DNA of 64,000 bases from Phoronis australis (Eukaryota; Animalia; Phoronida), in contig NMRA01000704.1 of the NCBI GenBank assembly GCA_002633005.1, positions 124,001 through 188,000 on the forward strand, written 5' to 3'. The position numbers and the translations under genes were made by a program. Every line of letters starts with the position of its first letter. Position 1 is the first letter of the stretch. The notes under the pieces were generated by a model. That model did no database searches. It was not told where the DNA came from and was given only the letters and a program-made list of their open reading frames with translations. Of the stretch, positions 1 to 13,553 are shown piece by piece.

Positions 1-472
1 GTAACAAGTTTCCACAGGTGTAGTTTCATTTTGTCAAAGTTCAAAACAAAATGAAGATTGTAAAAAATATTGCATATTCTTTTTCTTGGAAGCAAACAAG
101 GTAATTAGCTCAAGAAAATGGTCTTCATGTAAACACGTGACCATGGAAGTGAAGAAGTCCTTTCAGTGGACAAAATAATCACAGTTCGAAATGTGCTCTC
201 GGAGTATCTAGATACATATAGGAAAAGGAGCGCGCCTTGCTTGTTGATTTGGTACCGTTTTCATACACTTCACGCATCAGGATGTATCTCTACATGTATG
301 TTGGCGGCGACTCCTTTGCAATACACAACATAGCACTGCAACATCTCTGACGGATAACATCGGAGGACAAAGTGGCTGACTGACGAAGAACACTACGCGT
401 AGGGACTTTTAGGCAACCAGATTGCCTGGACCATTTCTTGTATTAATTTTTCTTGAATTTCAATTATTTATT

Positions 473-584
473 TTATTGACTGATGTCAAATAACATCCAT
501 ACATAGATTTTCCTCTTCTCGAGGCTCACCAGTTTATAGTTGAGTGTACTAAGGCCATCTTGTAGCGAATCCAAAAGTTTCCAT
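473..584 (-). CDS. GT7 galactosyltransferase-like gene, terminal coding exon 6
   Basis: WKLLDSLQDGLSTLNYKLVSLEKRKIYVWMLFDISQ* (DGL..LNY motif). Acceptor tttctag, AATAAA overlaps the stop. Joined CDS is 1032 nt, 343 aa. Confidence 0.92.
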
Positions 585-1202
585 CTAGAAAGACAAAACC
601 CTACAAGGACATCTCGACCTGGCATAGTGACAAAATACAATGTACATTATATGTTATCGCATATTTTGAAGCCTCTTTTACAATTTCATGTAAAACACCA
701 ATGTTACCATCATGACGTCCCTAACATTCGAGTACAACTAAATCTGCAGGCGACTCTAACCAAAAGTGTGATGCGAAACTCATGTCCAAAGATCGGACCA
801 AACAAACATAGCGACGGGAGATCAGACTTTGTGACTGTACCAGCTAGTTCGCAAACTCAATTGACCAAGCAAACCACTACATAATGGCACTGCTCTTAAG
901 GTGCTTTCCCATTAGGGGAACTTCACCAAAACTTCAATTGCCTTTTTCGTCTAGACAGCCATATCGACGTTATCGCCAATGTCGCTTTCCCATTGGGGGA
1001 ACTTCGATTTACCAAAACCTTCGCCTAATCTTCGATTACGTTTCTGACTAGACTGCGAAATGGAAGTTATCGCTATGACAACAGATGACGCAATTCATTC
1101 GTACTCTCAAACGAGTATCGAGTAACGGAACTATGTCGGCTCATAAACAGAAGGAACAGCATTTTGAAATCCAACTTCAGAAATTCAGTAATCGAGCCTT
1201 AC

Positions 1203-1307
1203 CTCTGCGGGGAAACAGGGTTGCTCCTGTCACGTGTATGTTTTACCATGTGATATTTTGCTAAGTTGCGAGGGACAGTGGTGATCTTGATCCCCTTTTT
1301 TACAACT
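1203..1307 (-). CDS. GT7 galactosyltransferase-like gene, coding exon 5
   Basis: VVKKGIKITTVPRNLAKYHMVKHTRDRSNPVSPQR with the MxxH metal-binding motif. Acceptor gtttcag, donor GTAAGG. Confidence 0.93.
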
Positions 1308-2102
1308 CTGAAACAAAGTAAAGGGTGGACATTTCCCGGCACGTTCCGCCAAAATGTGCAGAATCTCTCACAAAGATGTTTTGTCCCTGTGTGAAGACTA
1401 TTACTAAGGACATCTAACAAAACAAGAATGTAACATTTCTTTAGACAGTTGTGCATGTTAAAACTGTATTTCGCCCAGTTTAGCTGACTAATGGAATAAG
1501 GGGTTTTATTCTAATAAACTCGGTCTTGTAATGTACCTTACCGCGGTAGGATTCTACGTACGTTACTAAGGTAATTTTTACACGCTTAATTTTCGAAATC
1601 AAAATTCTTGGGTTGGCTAACGGGTTATGATTTCGGTGCTCATCTGGAAACGGAGAAAGACTCCTATGACTGTAAGGAATAAAACGAAAACAATTTTACA
1701 AGAGTGCAAGCAAACAGCGCAAAACTGCAGTAGCCCGAAAGTATCATCCCTGTTTTAGTTAGATGATTTTATTTTTCCTTTTTCACCCAGACGTAAATAA
1801 TTTGAAAAAGATTGGAATAGTGTACGGACTCTGTCAGGAACTAGTCTATTTAGTAACTGGCTGCGAACTTGTGAAGCGAGCAGACGATCACTAGACTGGT
1901 AAACCAAGTAGAGGTCACGACCTCACGGGCACAAGCACCTCGTGAGAACAATGTTGCCGTCGGACTTCGGCCTCGGACAGCATTGGTCTCCCATTTAGCA
2001 CCACGTTACCCACAGGATCTGTTCATATGTGTACAAGACATCAACAATTGGTTCAGTGCCGTGTAAACCACCACGGCTTTGGGCTTCACTAGTTTCAGGT
2101 AC

Positions 2103-2225
2103 CTGTGATAGATGTTATCGTCTTCGCCTCCCCAACCCCAGAAAAGATTCGAGTGTCCGTCAATAGCTTCGTAGACTTGTGGGGTGAATGCACTGACGCC
2201 ACCTATGAAATTATCCCAGATCTTC
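2103..2225 (-). CDS. GT7 galactosyltransferase-like gene, coding exon 4
   Basis: KIWDNFIGGVSAF...DGHSNLFWGWGGEDDNIYHR, the signature WGWGGEDD motif. Acceptor tttcag, donor GTACCT. Confidence 0.95.
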
Positions 2226-2726
2226 CTGAAATCAATTGAGACTCACGAGAAAGTCGAATAGTTCTGCGGTTAAGACGTCGAGGCATGAAAAAAGATTTCT
2301 TTTTGAAAATAGTCACACAAACCCTTCTTAGACCTTGGTTATAGCGTCAAAGCCTGGCTGAAGAAGTCAAACTACCGTAAGTGCTAATTTCCGACAATAT
2401 AGGTAATAGATAGGTTTTGATTATATGCAATAAGATAGATCTACATGTACATACTCCGTCATTCGACTGCTAAAATCAGATCGACAATGTACAGAGACTA
2501 CATCAAATGTGCAATTGCCAATCAGAAAAAAATAGTGATTTATCATAAAAAATGCGGCCATAAAAATTGTTGATACTGCCAATTCGGCACTTCAAACGAA
2601 ATAATTCAATGCGAGGTATGTAAACATTCCGGAAGGGTGTTTTGGGCCAAAAACGTTTTTCATGTTTATTTTTACTGTAGAAAAGATTTGCATTAGCTTT
2701 GACTACGTATTCAAAGTTTTACTTAC

Positions 2727-2914
2727 TTGTAATCGTATATGTCTATTGCTGTTCCCTGATAACGGACCGTACTCGGACACGTGTGCAAAATTCTCTCGTC
2801 TTCGGGAATAAGATCAACGTCATGGAAAAAGTAACATGAAAAATTGGCTAGTTTCTTTGCTTCAACGTAGGCGGCGTTCATGAGCTTTGCTTTGTTAAAC
2901 GTTCTGGGAGAACC
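2727..2914 (-). CDS. GT7 galactosyltransferase-like gene, coding exon 3 (DXD motif)
   Basis: FNKAKLMNAAYVEA...CYFFHDVDLIPED. Acceptor ctgtag, donor GTAAGT. Not in the ORF track. Confidence 0.95.
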
Positions 2915-3088
2915 CTACAGCAAACAGACAACACTTTAGTCATACAGAAGACTCAAAACTTGTGATGTAGGGAAACCAACAGAAATTCCAGACTGCTTGT
3001 TTTTAAAGGTGGAATTTTTTCGTTCTATTTTCCCTGCTCTAGTCTTGAGTTCTTTAAATCGCGTTCCTGACTCTTAACTAAACCCTAC

Positions 3089-3327
3089 CTGCTCACTGAC
3101 AATAAGTGTGAAGTCAATGTTTTGCTTTTGTAGTAGTCTTGGAAGAGCATTCAGCAACTTAAGCAGATGACGTTCTCTGTTGCTATAGGGGATAATTACT
3201 GCCACCTGCTGGCGAGCAACGCAGTCTCTAGGACTCCAGTGTCCTTCCGTCATTGATTCATACTTTTGATTCAGGAGATCCAGTGTCACCCTCTCCTTTG
3301 CTGCTAACGTATCGTAAAACGGCTTAT
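3089..3327 (-). CDS. GT7 galactosyltransferase-like gene, coding exon 2
   Basis: GHWSPRDCVARQQVAVIIPYSNRERHL...QNIDFTLIVSEQ matches the GT7 N-terminal motif. Acceptor ttttcag, donor GTAGGG. Confidence 0.93.
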
Positions 3328-4763
3328 CTGAAAACATTGAGTGACGTAGATTTAGTGGCATCAATTAAACAGCGGGCGCAAAGCATGAACTTAAGCTGGA
3401 GGTATATGTAAGCTATGTATGATCACATTGGACCTATTCTCGCAAAGAGAAACCAAGCAGCAATCCATTAGCAACGCCGTGTACGTAAATTACGCACATT
3501 GTCTCAACAAGGATAAACTAGCAAGATCACCAACCACTTGGTTATTGATAAGATAACCAGCACTTGGGGGGAGGGGGTTCATCGCATATATGTAGTGGAA
3601 TTATGTTGATGCAACCGCTACATTCCCTGCGAAGATGTGGCACGTGCGCAAGAGACAGTCACACAGGAACCAACAGCCATGTTGAAGGAATCTTATATTG
3701 TATTATTAAGACAATTTAAAACAATCGTTCACCCACTCCAATTATGAAATGCACTTACAGTTTTTAATCAGTGATGAGAATAGTATTAATCAAGACAATA
3801 AAAGAAACAATGACAATAATAGTGATGATAATTTTTATTTTAGTGTTGTTATCATTATCAAAGATATTAATTTGCGTTCTATTAGAGAAAAATGCATTGA
3901 AACGGAAGAAGCGTTAACAACAACCGTCTACGAATCTTTATACCGTATTTCGCAAACAATGAATCCGAACTGATGATTTTAGGCAGAGATCTAAATTGCC
4001 TTGTGCTGCTCCAGGGTTCCATACGCGATGGAAATACTGCGTGGGAGCCATGCACTCGTCACTGTAGGTGTTCATAAAAACTGAAGGATGGGCGCACCTT
4101 TGGGGGTAATTCGAAGAGGCGATCCGGAGTCTCGTCTCGTCTGAGACGGAAGTGGAGGCAGCTTGACAAATGGATAGTCAGACTGCAAATAGACTACAAT
4201 CGCGGTCGTAGGACGCTCGAATACTAGACTTCTGTCACACATGGTAATTAAATCTTATGTTTAAATGCAAACAGTCTACAGACCCGCCTTCGATTACGTA
4301 TGAATGTGTACAACAGATCTTTTTGTATTGAAGAAAAACATTGCAAAATTGTTTGATAACGTTATTAAAACGGGTTTGTTTGAGTGAATTTCTTGGCATT
4401 CAATACGCACATGAAAGAGCAGCAAACCCACTCTAGCTTCCTGCTGGTAAGCATGTCCATATGTGTACCCATGTGTTTTGAGAAAAGGATCTCCATACGG
4501 TTTAGCTGGAGAGCCAGCAGGATTTTATTCGCACTTCGTCTTAAGTTGTGGATATGGTGCCCAGAGTTAATAAACTATCTATTGGAAAAAGAATTTTTCT
4601 TGCACTTAAAAGTTTAAATAAATCGTTAATTGGTCATTAATTAGTAGGCGTCTTAATTAATAACCTTAGAAATTTTCGCGTCTTAAGTTGCATCATTTTA
4701 ATTTGTTTGGTGATTAGAATGAAATAAACTTGAAACGGACGTTGCACTCGAAATATTAATTAA

Positions 4764-6426
4764 AGGAGAATGCCACCCGATTCAATTAGTCTTTTTACCG
4801 TCTTGATCGGTTTATGTTTATATTCACATCGCCTCTTATGCGGTCGACCTCACCTTGCCGAGAGGTGTAGCCTTAACCTGTAAGGAAGGTGAGAAGCGAC
4901 GCAGCTACGTCAGTGGTTCGTCTGCAGAGTGAATGCAGCTATATTGCGGTGCATCGATTCCCACATGTCCGAACTATGAAGCTGCGAAGAAAGCGGGTAT
5001 ATCGTTTTTTCGACTTCCTCGAGAGCATAAAATGCTTAGGAAGTGGATCGCGGTAGTGAAGAATGAAAGGTACGCTGTTAATAGCAAATATGAGGCCGCC
5101 GAAACACCTCCGTGTGTGTGGCCGGCATTTCGTCGACAGTGATTTCTCTGACGAATTGTGGCTTACCAAAGAACTATCCATACGTTCCGTTGCCTATGCA
5201 TGTTCACGGCGCCTCTCTAGTATGTCTTGATCAGTGTATTCCGGTTCGAACTGATAGCCTGTGAAACCTAAGGATCCGACCTGTGAAGTCTTCGTCGGAT
5301 GAGCTCATTTGACTAAGTCGGGATTGGCGCCGTGTAGACGTTTATTATTCTGCGTTCTGTTTCAAAATGAATTGTTTTCATCCTAAAATGATCCTAACCA
5401 ACGCTTATATGAAACTGAAACAAAGTCTGTCTCATTTGATACAATTTGTAATGTCTTGGAGTGCTCGTGAGTGCAAATATTTTGAGAAGCCAGCAATGAA
5501 TAAACCACTGCTTTTGATGCCGGCAACAAAGGTAATTGGCCGGGCACCGAGTCCGTGTGAGCGCATGCTAATATTCAGTGTTTGCTGACAGAAAGCTGTT
5601 GTGAAACAATTACTCGATTTTATATGCTATTGTCACATGCTAGGGGAATCTTTATTTAGAAATACAACTACAGTATTGAAATCATTGTTACTGTACAACC
5701 TTTGCCCTGACGGTCTGTGGAAGGGAACCCGACTTCGCGGCCCCCGACAAGTAGATTTTCAGTTTCGTGGCTAATTCACATAAATAATTACGTGCACATT
5801 TATCTCTTTGGCTCACTGTTATTGTCTTTTCGTGAGGAGGTTTAGTTTCCAACTCAAACTGATGTTCGTGCCAGTCCCGGCGGCCGCGACTGGCCTGATA
5901 GGGTTCCGAGCCCGACTGGCCAGAATAACAAACGTTTTGTGTGTTTAGAATTAAAACAATCGCAAGTATAAACAACACAGATCTAGGTTCTCGTCTCTGT
6001 ATTTCACGGAGAATACTTCGAATTTATCTCCGAACAGACCCCAAACTCCTGCTACGGACCTTGGTAAATTGGCCTGCCGAAGTTTGAAGGCTACGGTGTG
6101 TCCAAATACCAGTAAATCCGTAACGGCGAAAAAAAACAACACGTTTTTATAAGAACTCGGTGTATTTTTAAGGGTTTTACATCGAAGTTTGATGATTTAT
6201 TGGTGTTAAACGATGAATTCAAGCGATAACCGAACACCACTAAGTTCTAACTCGTGTTGTGAACTGCTGAACAGACTGCGTGTGAAACCAATTACGTCAT
6301 TGGATAACTTCAACACCTCCGTCTGCCGTCAGGTGTCAGGTAACGCAACCGAACCTGCCGCTATCGAGTAGAACTACTAGATCTAAAGTGATGCAAAGTA
6401 GGTTGTTTTTTGGGTGGCATTCTCCT
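4764..6426 (+). mobile_element. Kolobok-like DNA transposon, non-autonomous copy 1 (in the GT7 gene intron)
   Basis: TIR AGGAGAATGCCACCC...GGGTGGCATTCTCCT preceded by TTAA. Contains a THAP remnant. Similar second copy at 13712-15106. Confidence 0.8.
4933..5135 (+). pseudogene. THAP zinc-finger remnant of a transposase
   Basis: YCGASIPTCPN...ISFFRLP...RKWIAVV, then after a frameshift PRVCGRHF (C2CH THAP pattern). Confidence 0.75.
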
Positions 6427-6744
6427 TTTTGGGCTCTCCTTTGGACCCCACAGGGACCAAAGCCCAGGATTGCGCAACTTAAAACGCCCCCTTTCTTCAA
6501 TGGTTGGTGATTTACAATGGAATTACACACTAAAACCTTTTGCACTCAAAAGTGTGAATGAACTGCTGATGGCTCTCCAACTAGTTTACAAAAATGACTG
6601 GCGCGACAAGTTGTGGTCAGCATTCACGGAAAATTTTTCTTAGGTGAATCAAGCATCAATATCGTTTTAAAATTTTGAAAATGGGTGTAGTAGTTTTCGA
6701 GTAAAAAATAAAACAAAAAAAACACTTTTTAGAGAGTTTTCTGT

Positions 6745-6860
6745 CGGAGTAGTGGGACTTTGGAGTAGGGCTTATTCGGACTAGTAGGTTTTCAGAGTAG
6801 TGTTTTTCGGAGCAGTGGGCCTTCGGAGTAGTGGTGTTGAAGTAGAGAGTCTTCGCAGAC
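6745..6860. repeat. Degenerate ~17-bp tandem repeat (tcggagtagtgggactt-like)
   Basis: About 6-7 imperfect units visible. Confidence 0.7.
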
Positions 6861-8066
6861 ATTTTAAGTTGGGAAGTGTCATGGGAGCCTTTTTGCCTGT
6901 CTGTGAATCTTGAATACTACCAGTGACCTAAATTAATATCTCTATTTGTAAACCACTGTCGGCTGGAGTTGAAACTAAATGAGGAATGAGAGCCCGCATT
7001 TCGCCGTTAATTTCTATCAAAACACTTTTGTCACTTGGATTATGCAGAATAACCAGAATTCAAACAAGATAGCAAATGTAATTTCAAATGGTGTACATGT
7101 GGATATGGGTATTATGCACTTATTCCATATTCAATACGGCCTCACAATACGCCGTGAAATACAGGAGACTGGAACTAAACCGTATACAATGAAAGAGACC
7201 TTATTTCGCGGCCGGTGTGCAGTCTCCTTGTGAAGTAAAGTTGCGTGTAAGATGGTAAATTTGACTGGGCTCGTTCATTTGAGTTACCTAAAACACTGAT
7301 CCAAGGCGTTGTTCCTACGAAAGCAGTTTTACTGCTCTAAAATTATAAATTTTCAACGAAGATTTATCGCTGAAAATTCCGACGAAAGGTGATTAGGCGA
7401 CTATTTTTTGGCCTCCCTAATTTTAATCTGGGTTATAATAAATAGGCCAGTTGCCTAAATAACGTCCCCAGCAAACTCAGGCAAAAAAATCTAATTCAAA
7501 TCAAATGAAAACGTTTTCTTATGGATGCATAGCACATATACACTGAGAACTAAGAAATTCACAGAAAATTTCGACCTGATATCGAGTATGTGTTCTTTTA
7601 CTGACACAGTCGTCTACTCGCACGGTTTCTCGACTCTCCTTCACCAAATCCTGTTGCCTGTCGAAGTCTCCAAAAATGTAAACTCCTGCGACATGTTGCT
7701 GTGCTGCATTCATATTCTTAACATTTGTTGGAGATCGCTGTCTTGTCTTTTTAGTTATTCCGTGAAAGAGACAAACATCGATCGAAGAATTCTGGAGAAA
7801 CCAAGCCGCTTTCTGTGGGAAGCCGGCTGATAAGGTAAATTAGTCACCAGGTAGAACGGCTTCAGCAATCAGGTTTCTCCAAACGTTAAAGGACCTTTTT
7901 GTGACAGATATACAGTACGAATAGTACTGTCAGTGTATCCGTATTATTTGAAACGTTACTACTGCTAAAGATTGACGATGGGGTCATATTAACAATGAAA
8001 TAGAAAAATACTAAAACCAACAAACACAGTGAGTGTCGCTATTTGCACTTTATGAAAGATACCTAC

Positions 8067-8331
8067 AAGAATGCAAACTGCTGGGAAAACAATCGCACAT
8101 AGGTAGTCGCTTCTCGGCTGACAAGTTGATTTGTTCGGCTGAAGCAGGCAACTGACATTCAAACAGTTGTTGTATTTCATACTCTGTGGGTGCAAAAGGC
8201 CTGTAGACGTGGTCAACAAAAAGTCCCGAACTCGAAGCAATTACATAAAGTCCCGAAACTATCATACCAATGTAAAGCGTTCGTTTTCTTCTCCATGCAA
8301 GTAGTAAAAATCGACAAAGCTGTTTCTTCAT
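8067..8331 (-). CDS. GT7 beta-1,4-galactosyltransferase-like gene, coding exon 1 (cytoplasmic tail, TM anchor, stem)
   Basis: MKKQLCRFLLLAWRRKRTLYIGMIVSGLYVIASS: a basic tail then a hydrophobic anchor, as in type II Golgi proteins. ATG follows an acceptor tttcag|G, implying an upstream non-coding exon. Donor GTAGGT at 8066 is phase 1 and matches the next exon. Confidence 0.8.
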
Positions 8332-9782
8332 CCTGAAACTAAAGAACAATTCACGGTGCTGTTATACGACTCGAACCCGGTGCCAAGCATTTCTAAGATG
8401 TAATTTCCGCTTCTTTACAGCCAAAAACGCCATAAAGGAACTTGGCCAAGAATCAACCTTGTTAAAATTTATACCAAATGATGATTTCTCAACATGTAAT
8501 CAACTGTTTTCAAAAATAATTAAATATAAGGCTCTCAAAATGATGTTTGCATTTCTCGCAGTGCACCATCATTATGATGGTCACCACCACGCCAATGAAC
8601 TTTTTTATGCCAGTAAACAACACAAACGCTGTACATTCAGGACTGTTATTTACAAAATTTTATGTCTTTCGGTCGATGACACATGTTCGCTGCCCAAACT
8701 GGTGAAAATAAAGGAAATGTTTATCAAATCTGAGAGAGTCGAGAAGAAACAACGTGAACAAAAAAAACTGGTGGACAGTCATCGGTGACCAAATTTTGCA
8801 TAACCGGGAATGTGACGGGGGGGTGCACGAAATTAGCCACTGAGCATTAGTAGCATGCTGTATGTGGTGACCAACGAGCGGAGACTATGAAATCGGTATC
8901 TGGAGACTTACAAGCGACCACTAGATTTGGTGACAGAAACAGGAACCCAGTGGAACAGGCATTAGTAGAGCACATTTCTTACACTTTACCCCTCGGCGTC
9001 ATGATCCAAATTTACTACTGGCAAAAAAGCGAACCACTGACGTCGAAGCCTCAATAAGAATTTGCACAAACGTCTCCATCATAGAAAAAGTTGTACTTAA
9101 CAAAAATCCTGTGAGTGTTAGACGCTTAGGTTAATGCCAACTCGCCAAATGCGACTTAGCGAAAATGCCAGGTGGCCAAATAAAATCTGAAGTCGCCAAA
9201 ACTGAGATATATATATTAAAAATTACGCATATACACCATTCTCTAGGTACATGTATATTGCGGTATACATTACTTGAAAACCCAAGGCTGCCGGGATCGC
9301 CTCATGTCGACTATCTTATCACAACGTTTACCCGAGTTCATAATTCATTCACATGCATTTCTAAGTTATATTATTGGTTTGTTCACCCCAACTCAGTCTG
9401 TATTCTTGAAAAGAGAACGCAGACAATAGGAAATACTGGAGGCCCGATTTTTGCTGAACAATTCCGACTCCCGCCTGTTTACTTCCTGTTGCAATTTAAG
9501 CTCGTGTTTGATATGTGTTGACTGGGGCTGGCAAATGCACCGAATTCACGAAATAACTTGAACAATTGTGAACCACAGGTGTTAAATCTCAGAAGTTTTT
9601 AGTAATTTAAAGTTCGGAAGCCATCACAAATTTTGAAGCGAATTTCGGTTGAATTAACGTCTGACCTTTGAACTCGCAGCGGCGACTTTATGGCCACTTG
9701 AGATTTTCCTAGGTACCCAAACAAAATCTGACGCCGCACTGGCGAGCTACAGGTCGCCAAATTGAGCACTGCATATGGGATA

Positions 9783-10620
9783 GCCTTGGTACAAAGCTGT
9801 ATATAAATATACAGCCAAAACTGTATATACATGTAAATATACAGCCAAAGCTGAATATAAATATACAGCTTTGCACCAATGTGGGTAAAAAAGTGGTAAG
9901 ATAAAATCCGACACAAAGTTAGTGTCATTAAAAACTACAGTCTTCCTTGAGTAAACTAAATTATTTAACGGTGTTGGAAAAAAGGTGTCCTACCGTTATT
10001 CTGCTGCTAAAGTTGTGGAGCGATCTTAAGCAATGGCTTTAGGCGCCATGAAATATTGCGTCACCTATTGGCCAGTTTCTTTTTTCGCCGATTCTTCCAT
10101 CAACTGTTGTTCTTTCACGACGTTGCGTGCACGTGACAACAAATTATCGGAATTGGTTTCACTTCATTATCAGTTTTTAGAATTTTGATACCGAAAAACC
10201 GAATTTCAGAAGAAATTTTTGTGCTGCCAAGTTATCATCATCTCTCGAGATATGTCACAAAGTTTAGGAAATGGCGCGTGCGCGTGACACGAGCGTACTG
10301 CTTTCAAACGACGACATACTTTTCATTGTTAGAAAAGGCGGAGGAAATGACGTTTATTGCATTGTTTTCCACTTACGCGCTGTAACGGGCAACGTGAGTG
10401 TCGGTTGATTCCCAGCTTTTGCATGCACCCCGTCCGGTCTTTAGATTTACATGTTGATACAAGTTTCACGGCGAGGTGACGAGCAGAACTACACTGGCTG
10501 TGTGCAATTTCGGGGTCTACGGATGAAATACACAGAGTGGTACCTAGCTGTATGTTGACGACAATCTTTATACAGCTAGCTGGCTGGCTACATATGGGAT
10601 TAACTGAATATTCAAAAAGG
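9783..10620 (+). mobile_element. Interspersed repeat family A (palindromic end cttggtacaaagctgtat...atacagctttg), copy 1
   Basis: Colinear similarity to 27500-28262, to the reverse pieces 36580-37060 and 34520-34701, and to partial 16790-17160. Confidence 0.75.
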
Positions 10621-10739
10621 TGTGAACATACCTGTGACGGCGAAGGACCATCATTTACGTTTCTTCGTTTCCTATTGAAAAGTATTTGATGAATTTGAGC
10701 GAATTTCAGACACAGATAGTAAGTAGAAGTATACACATA

Positions 10740-11247
10740 GTGTACCTATTTATCGGACGGACCCTAAATATCGGACATTTCATAAAATCTTACTTGAAGC
10801 ATAATCTGTGAATTAAACGACACCAATTTTTGTTCTGCTGAAATGAATTCAATGTCCGACACTGTCTCGTTTTTTACAGCGTTGCCTCGTTTTGATTTCA
10901 CCGAGAGAGGGTGCAATTTAAACCCCCCATTTTTTCATTTGTTTTTCAGCTCAAGTCAAACCCCGACCGCGCACGTGCGGATGTCATATCAAGAAGCCAA
11001 AGAGATACTAAAAACTGCAGTGAGTTTGCACGTGCTTTAGCCGTCTGCACTGATTCATCGAAACGACTTGGCGCCGTCATCAGATTTCATTTTAGGGATA
11101 ATTTTGTTGCGAATGGACCTGTGTTCTAGCAGCATATTTGTCAAAACACTTCAGCTGAAATTTGGCTACAAGGTGCCCGCGGCCATTACGTAGTCAGTTT
11201 TCCGCGGTGTGGCGTATGGGGAAACATGGTGTCCGATATTTAGGTTC
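10740..11247. mobile_element. MITE with inverted ends (ccctaaatatcggaca / tgtccgatatttagg)
   Basis: Inverted repeats near both ends, no coding capacity. Confidence 0.55.
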
Positions 11248-13553
11248 TCTGAAGGTTTGCTAGTTGTTTTTTAAAGACCAGTCAGAACATAAATGTGGCC
11301 TTCGGTGACAAGATATAGTAACAGAACAATTCTATAAACGTAAGCCTTTATTTCAGCAAAGAATTTACAACAAACCGTAGTATTTTCAATTATATATCAT
11401 GCGCTCACCCAGGGGGGCTCGGGGGGCTCGAGCGAGCACCCCCATTTGGCGAAGTGGGCAAAAAGGTCCGCCTGTGAGAAAAAAAGTCCGAGAAAATGAG
11501 ACAAAACGTTCGATAATTAGGTCACTTGGTTGTAGCCTATGTTTAATTCCTTACGTGTGAACTTGAGATCGCTAAAGAACATGGCAATGCATCTTATTTA
11601 AATCAATTGAGCAAAAGACGACAACGTCCATACAAGTAATTTAATGTAATTAAAATGATTCTATCACCTCAATAGAGACACTAAACAGTTTTCACTTGCT
11701 CAGACGGCAACCGTCTCACCTTCAAATCGTAGTATGGACGTTCTAAAGAGAAAGCGACCTAGTCATTCTCGATCTAGATCAAGCAGGGCAGAATCTTTCA
11801 AGTCAAGCTGTGGTTCGATGACAGGCCTTCTCAACAAGACAGTCTCTGGTTACAGAATGACACTTGAATTTCGCCATATTTACCTACAGTGTTGCAACCA
11901 AAGAGATAAATAGATAGATACGACACGACTATATATACTCGCAAGCCAGACAGCACGTGACACGCGGTCCGCCATATTGATGATGAACGCTATCTAAACA
12001 AAAGCACGGTGACCTTATGGAAGCCGGAGAATTTTCTGAATAAAATTTGAAATTTCAAATACTAACGAGGTTTTAAAATATTGGTAACATTAGGCAATGT
12101 AAACGTTTGACCCACGCATTGCTTAAACGGTCATAAAAGCCATTGCAAAGACAAAATTCCTAATCACTGTGACTGAAATTCTCACGGGGTGCTGCTAGAG
12201 CCTGGGAGGTTTTGCCGGCTCAGTCGAAAAGACAATCACTGAAATGCATAAAGTTTAGAAACTGATATTATACAGTGATTAACCTTTTTATCGTTATAAC
12301 TATATCAGTAGTACTTATTTTTCAGTTGTTTATAAACCGACAAGACGATCAGCTGTCAAGCGGGCCGCTCTCTGGCGCTCCATTACATCACTGCATTCTC
12401 AAAGTTTTTAGTGTGGGTCTAAAAATTCTTTGACCCGATGACAGTTGATTTATTCTAACAAAAATATTTGAGGCATGCGTTCGTGTGAAACACTTTAACA
12501 CTAAGAAGAAAAAATTCATAGAAACCCATAGAAATCGATGAGCATACAAACAGCAGTAGGCATATGCGTGTACATGTGAAGCCGTGTCATTGTATGCAGC
12601 AATTGACTAATGGAACTGTACCTGTTGAGGTACATGTGCACATTCGGAATTGAGGGCATAGGCCAGTTGGAATAAAAGTTGGGAGCAAAATTTTGCAAAA
12701 CGATAGAGTTATAGAAAATGATTGGGCGGCCGAAACCGGAGGTCGGTGTATGCATTTGTACAGACCCAATTTTCCGAAAGAAGATTGGAATTGTCTACTT
12801 CAGGTTATACCAAGGAATAATAATTACATTGATATGCAGACGTTTTTTTTCCAAAAATAAAACGCATGTAAGGGGTGCTGAGGTGTCTCAGGAAAAATTA
12901 CTTCAGTAATACACTACTTTTCTTTAACTATCTAGTATTACTTGCTCTAGTATCTAATTCTTCTTAGCTTGGTGGACTGGTAAATTTTAGAGTTTGAAAC
13001 GACATGGTCTCACAGTTCAAACAGTTGTCATAGTCTCTGTTGTAAAACAACACGAGCTACAGTTTTAAAAAGGCGTTCGCATTATTAATCTTTACCAATA
13101 TTAATTTTTACACCAATCAATGTACCCCTTTTATCAGACCATGATGTGCGGAATCTCAGATTTTTTTCTATCAATAACAAGCACACTTCAATCTGATGGT
13201 CATCCAGAACGAGATGGACAACAAAAATGTTCACACAGAAACAACACAATAAAGTTTTGAATTATTTCAAAACATATTTATTTCAAATTATTACCATCAC
13301 GCAGTAAAATCACACAATGACAGTAAAAGGGGGAACGTCTAGCTGGTACAGAGTTACTGTACCGTACTGGTACATGCACTTCACTTCAGCAAATGTCAGA
13401 TTTCAACCAACTCTGATTAAATCCCTCATATCAGTTGGATCCGACATTTACTGGCACACAACTATGTTACTAGTACATATATATTGACATCACCCCGCCA
13501 CAAAATAAATATGACAAAACTCAATGCTCATAAACTCTATTTGCCCTGTCCTA

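Noticed and set aside
540-884. 114-aa plus-strand ORF and similar short ORF-track calls across the window
   Set aside because: They lie antisense to real exons or inside repeats, and show no recognisable motifs.
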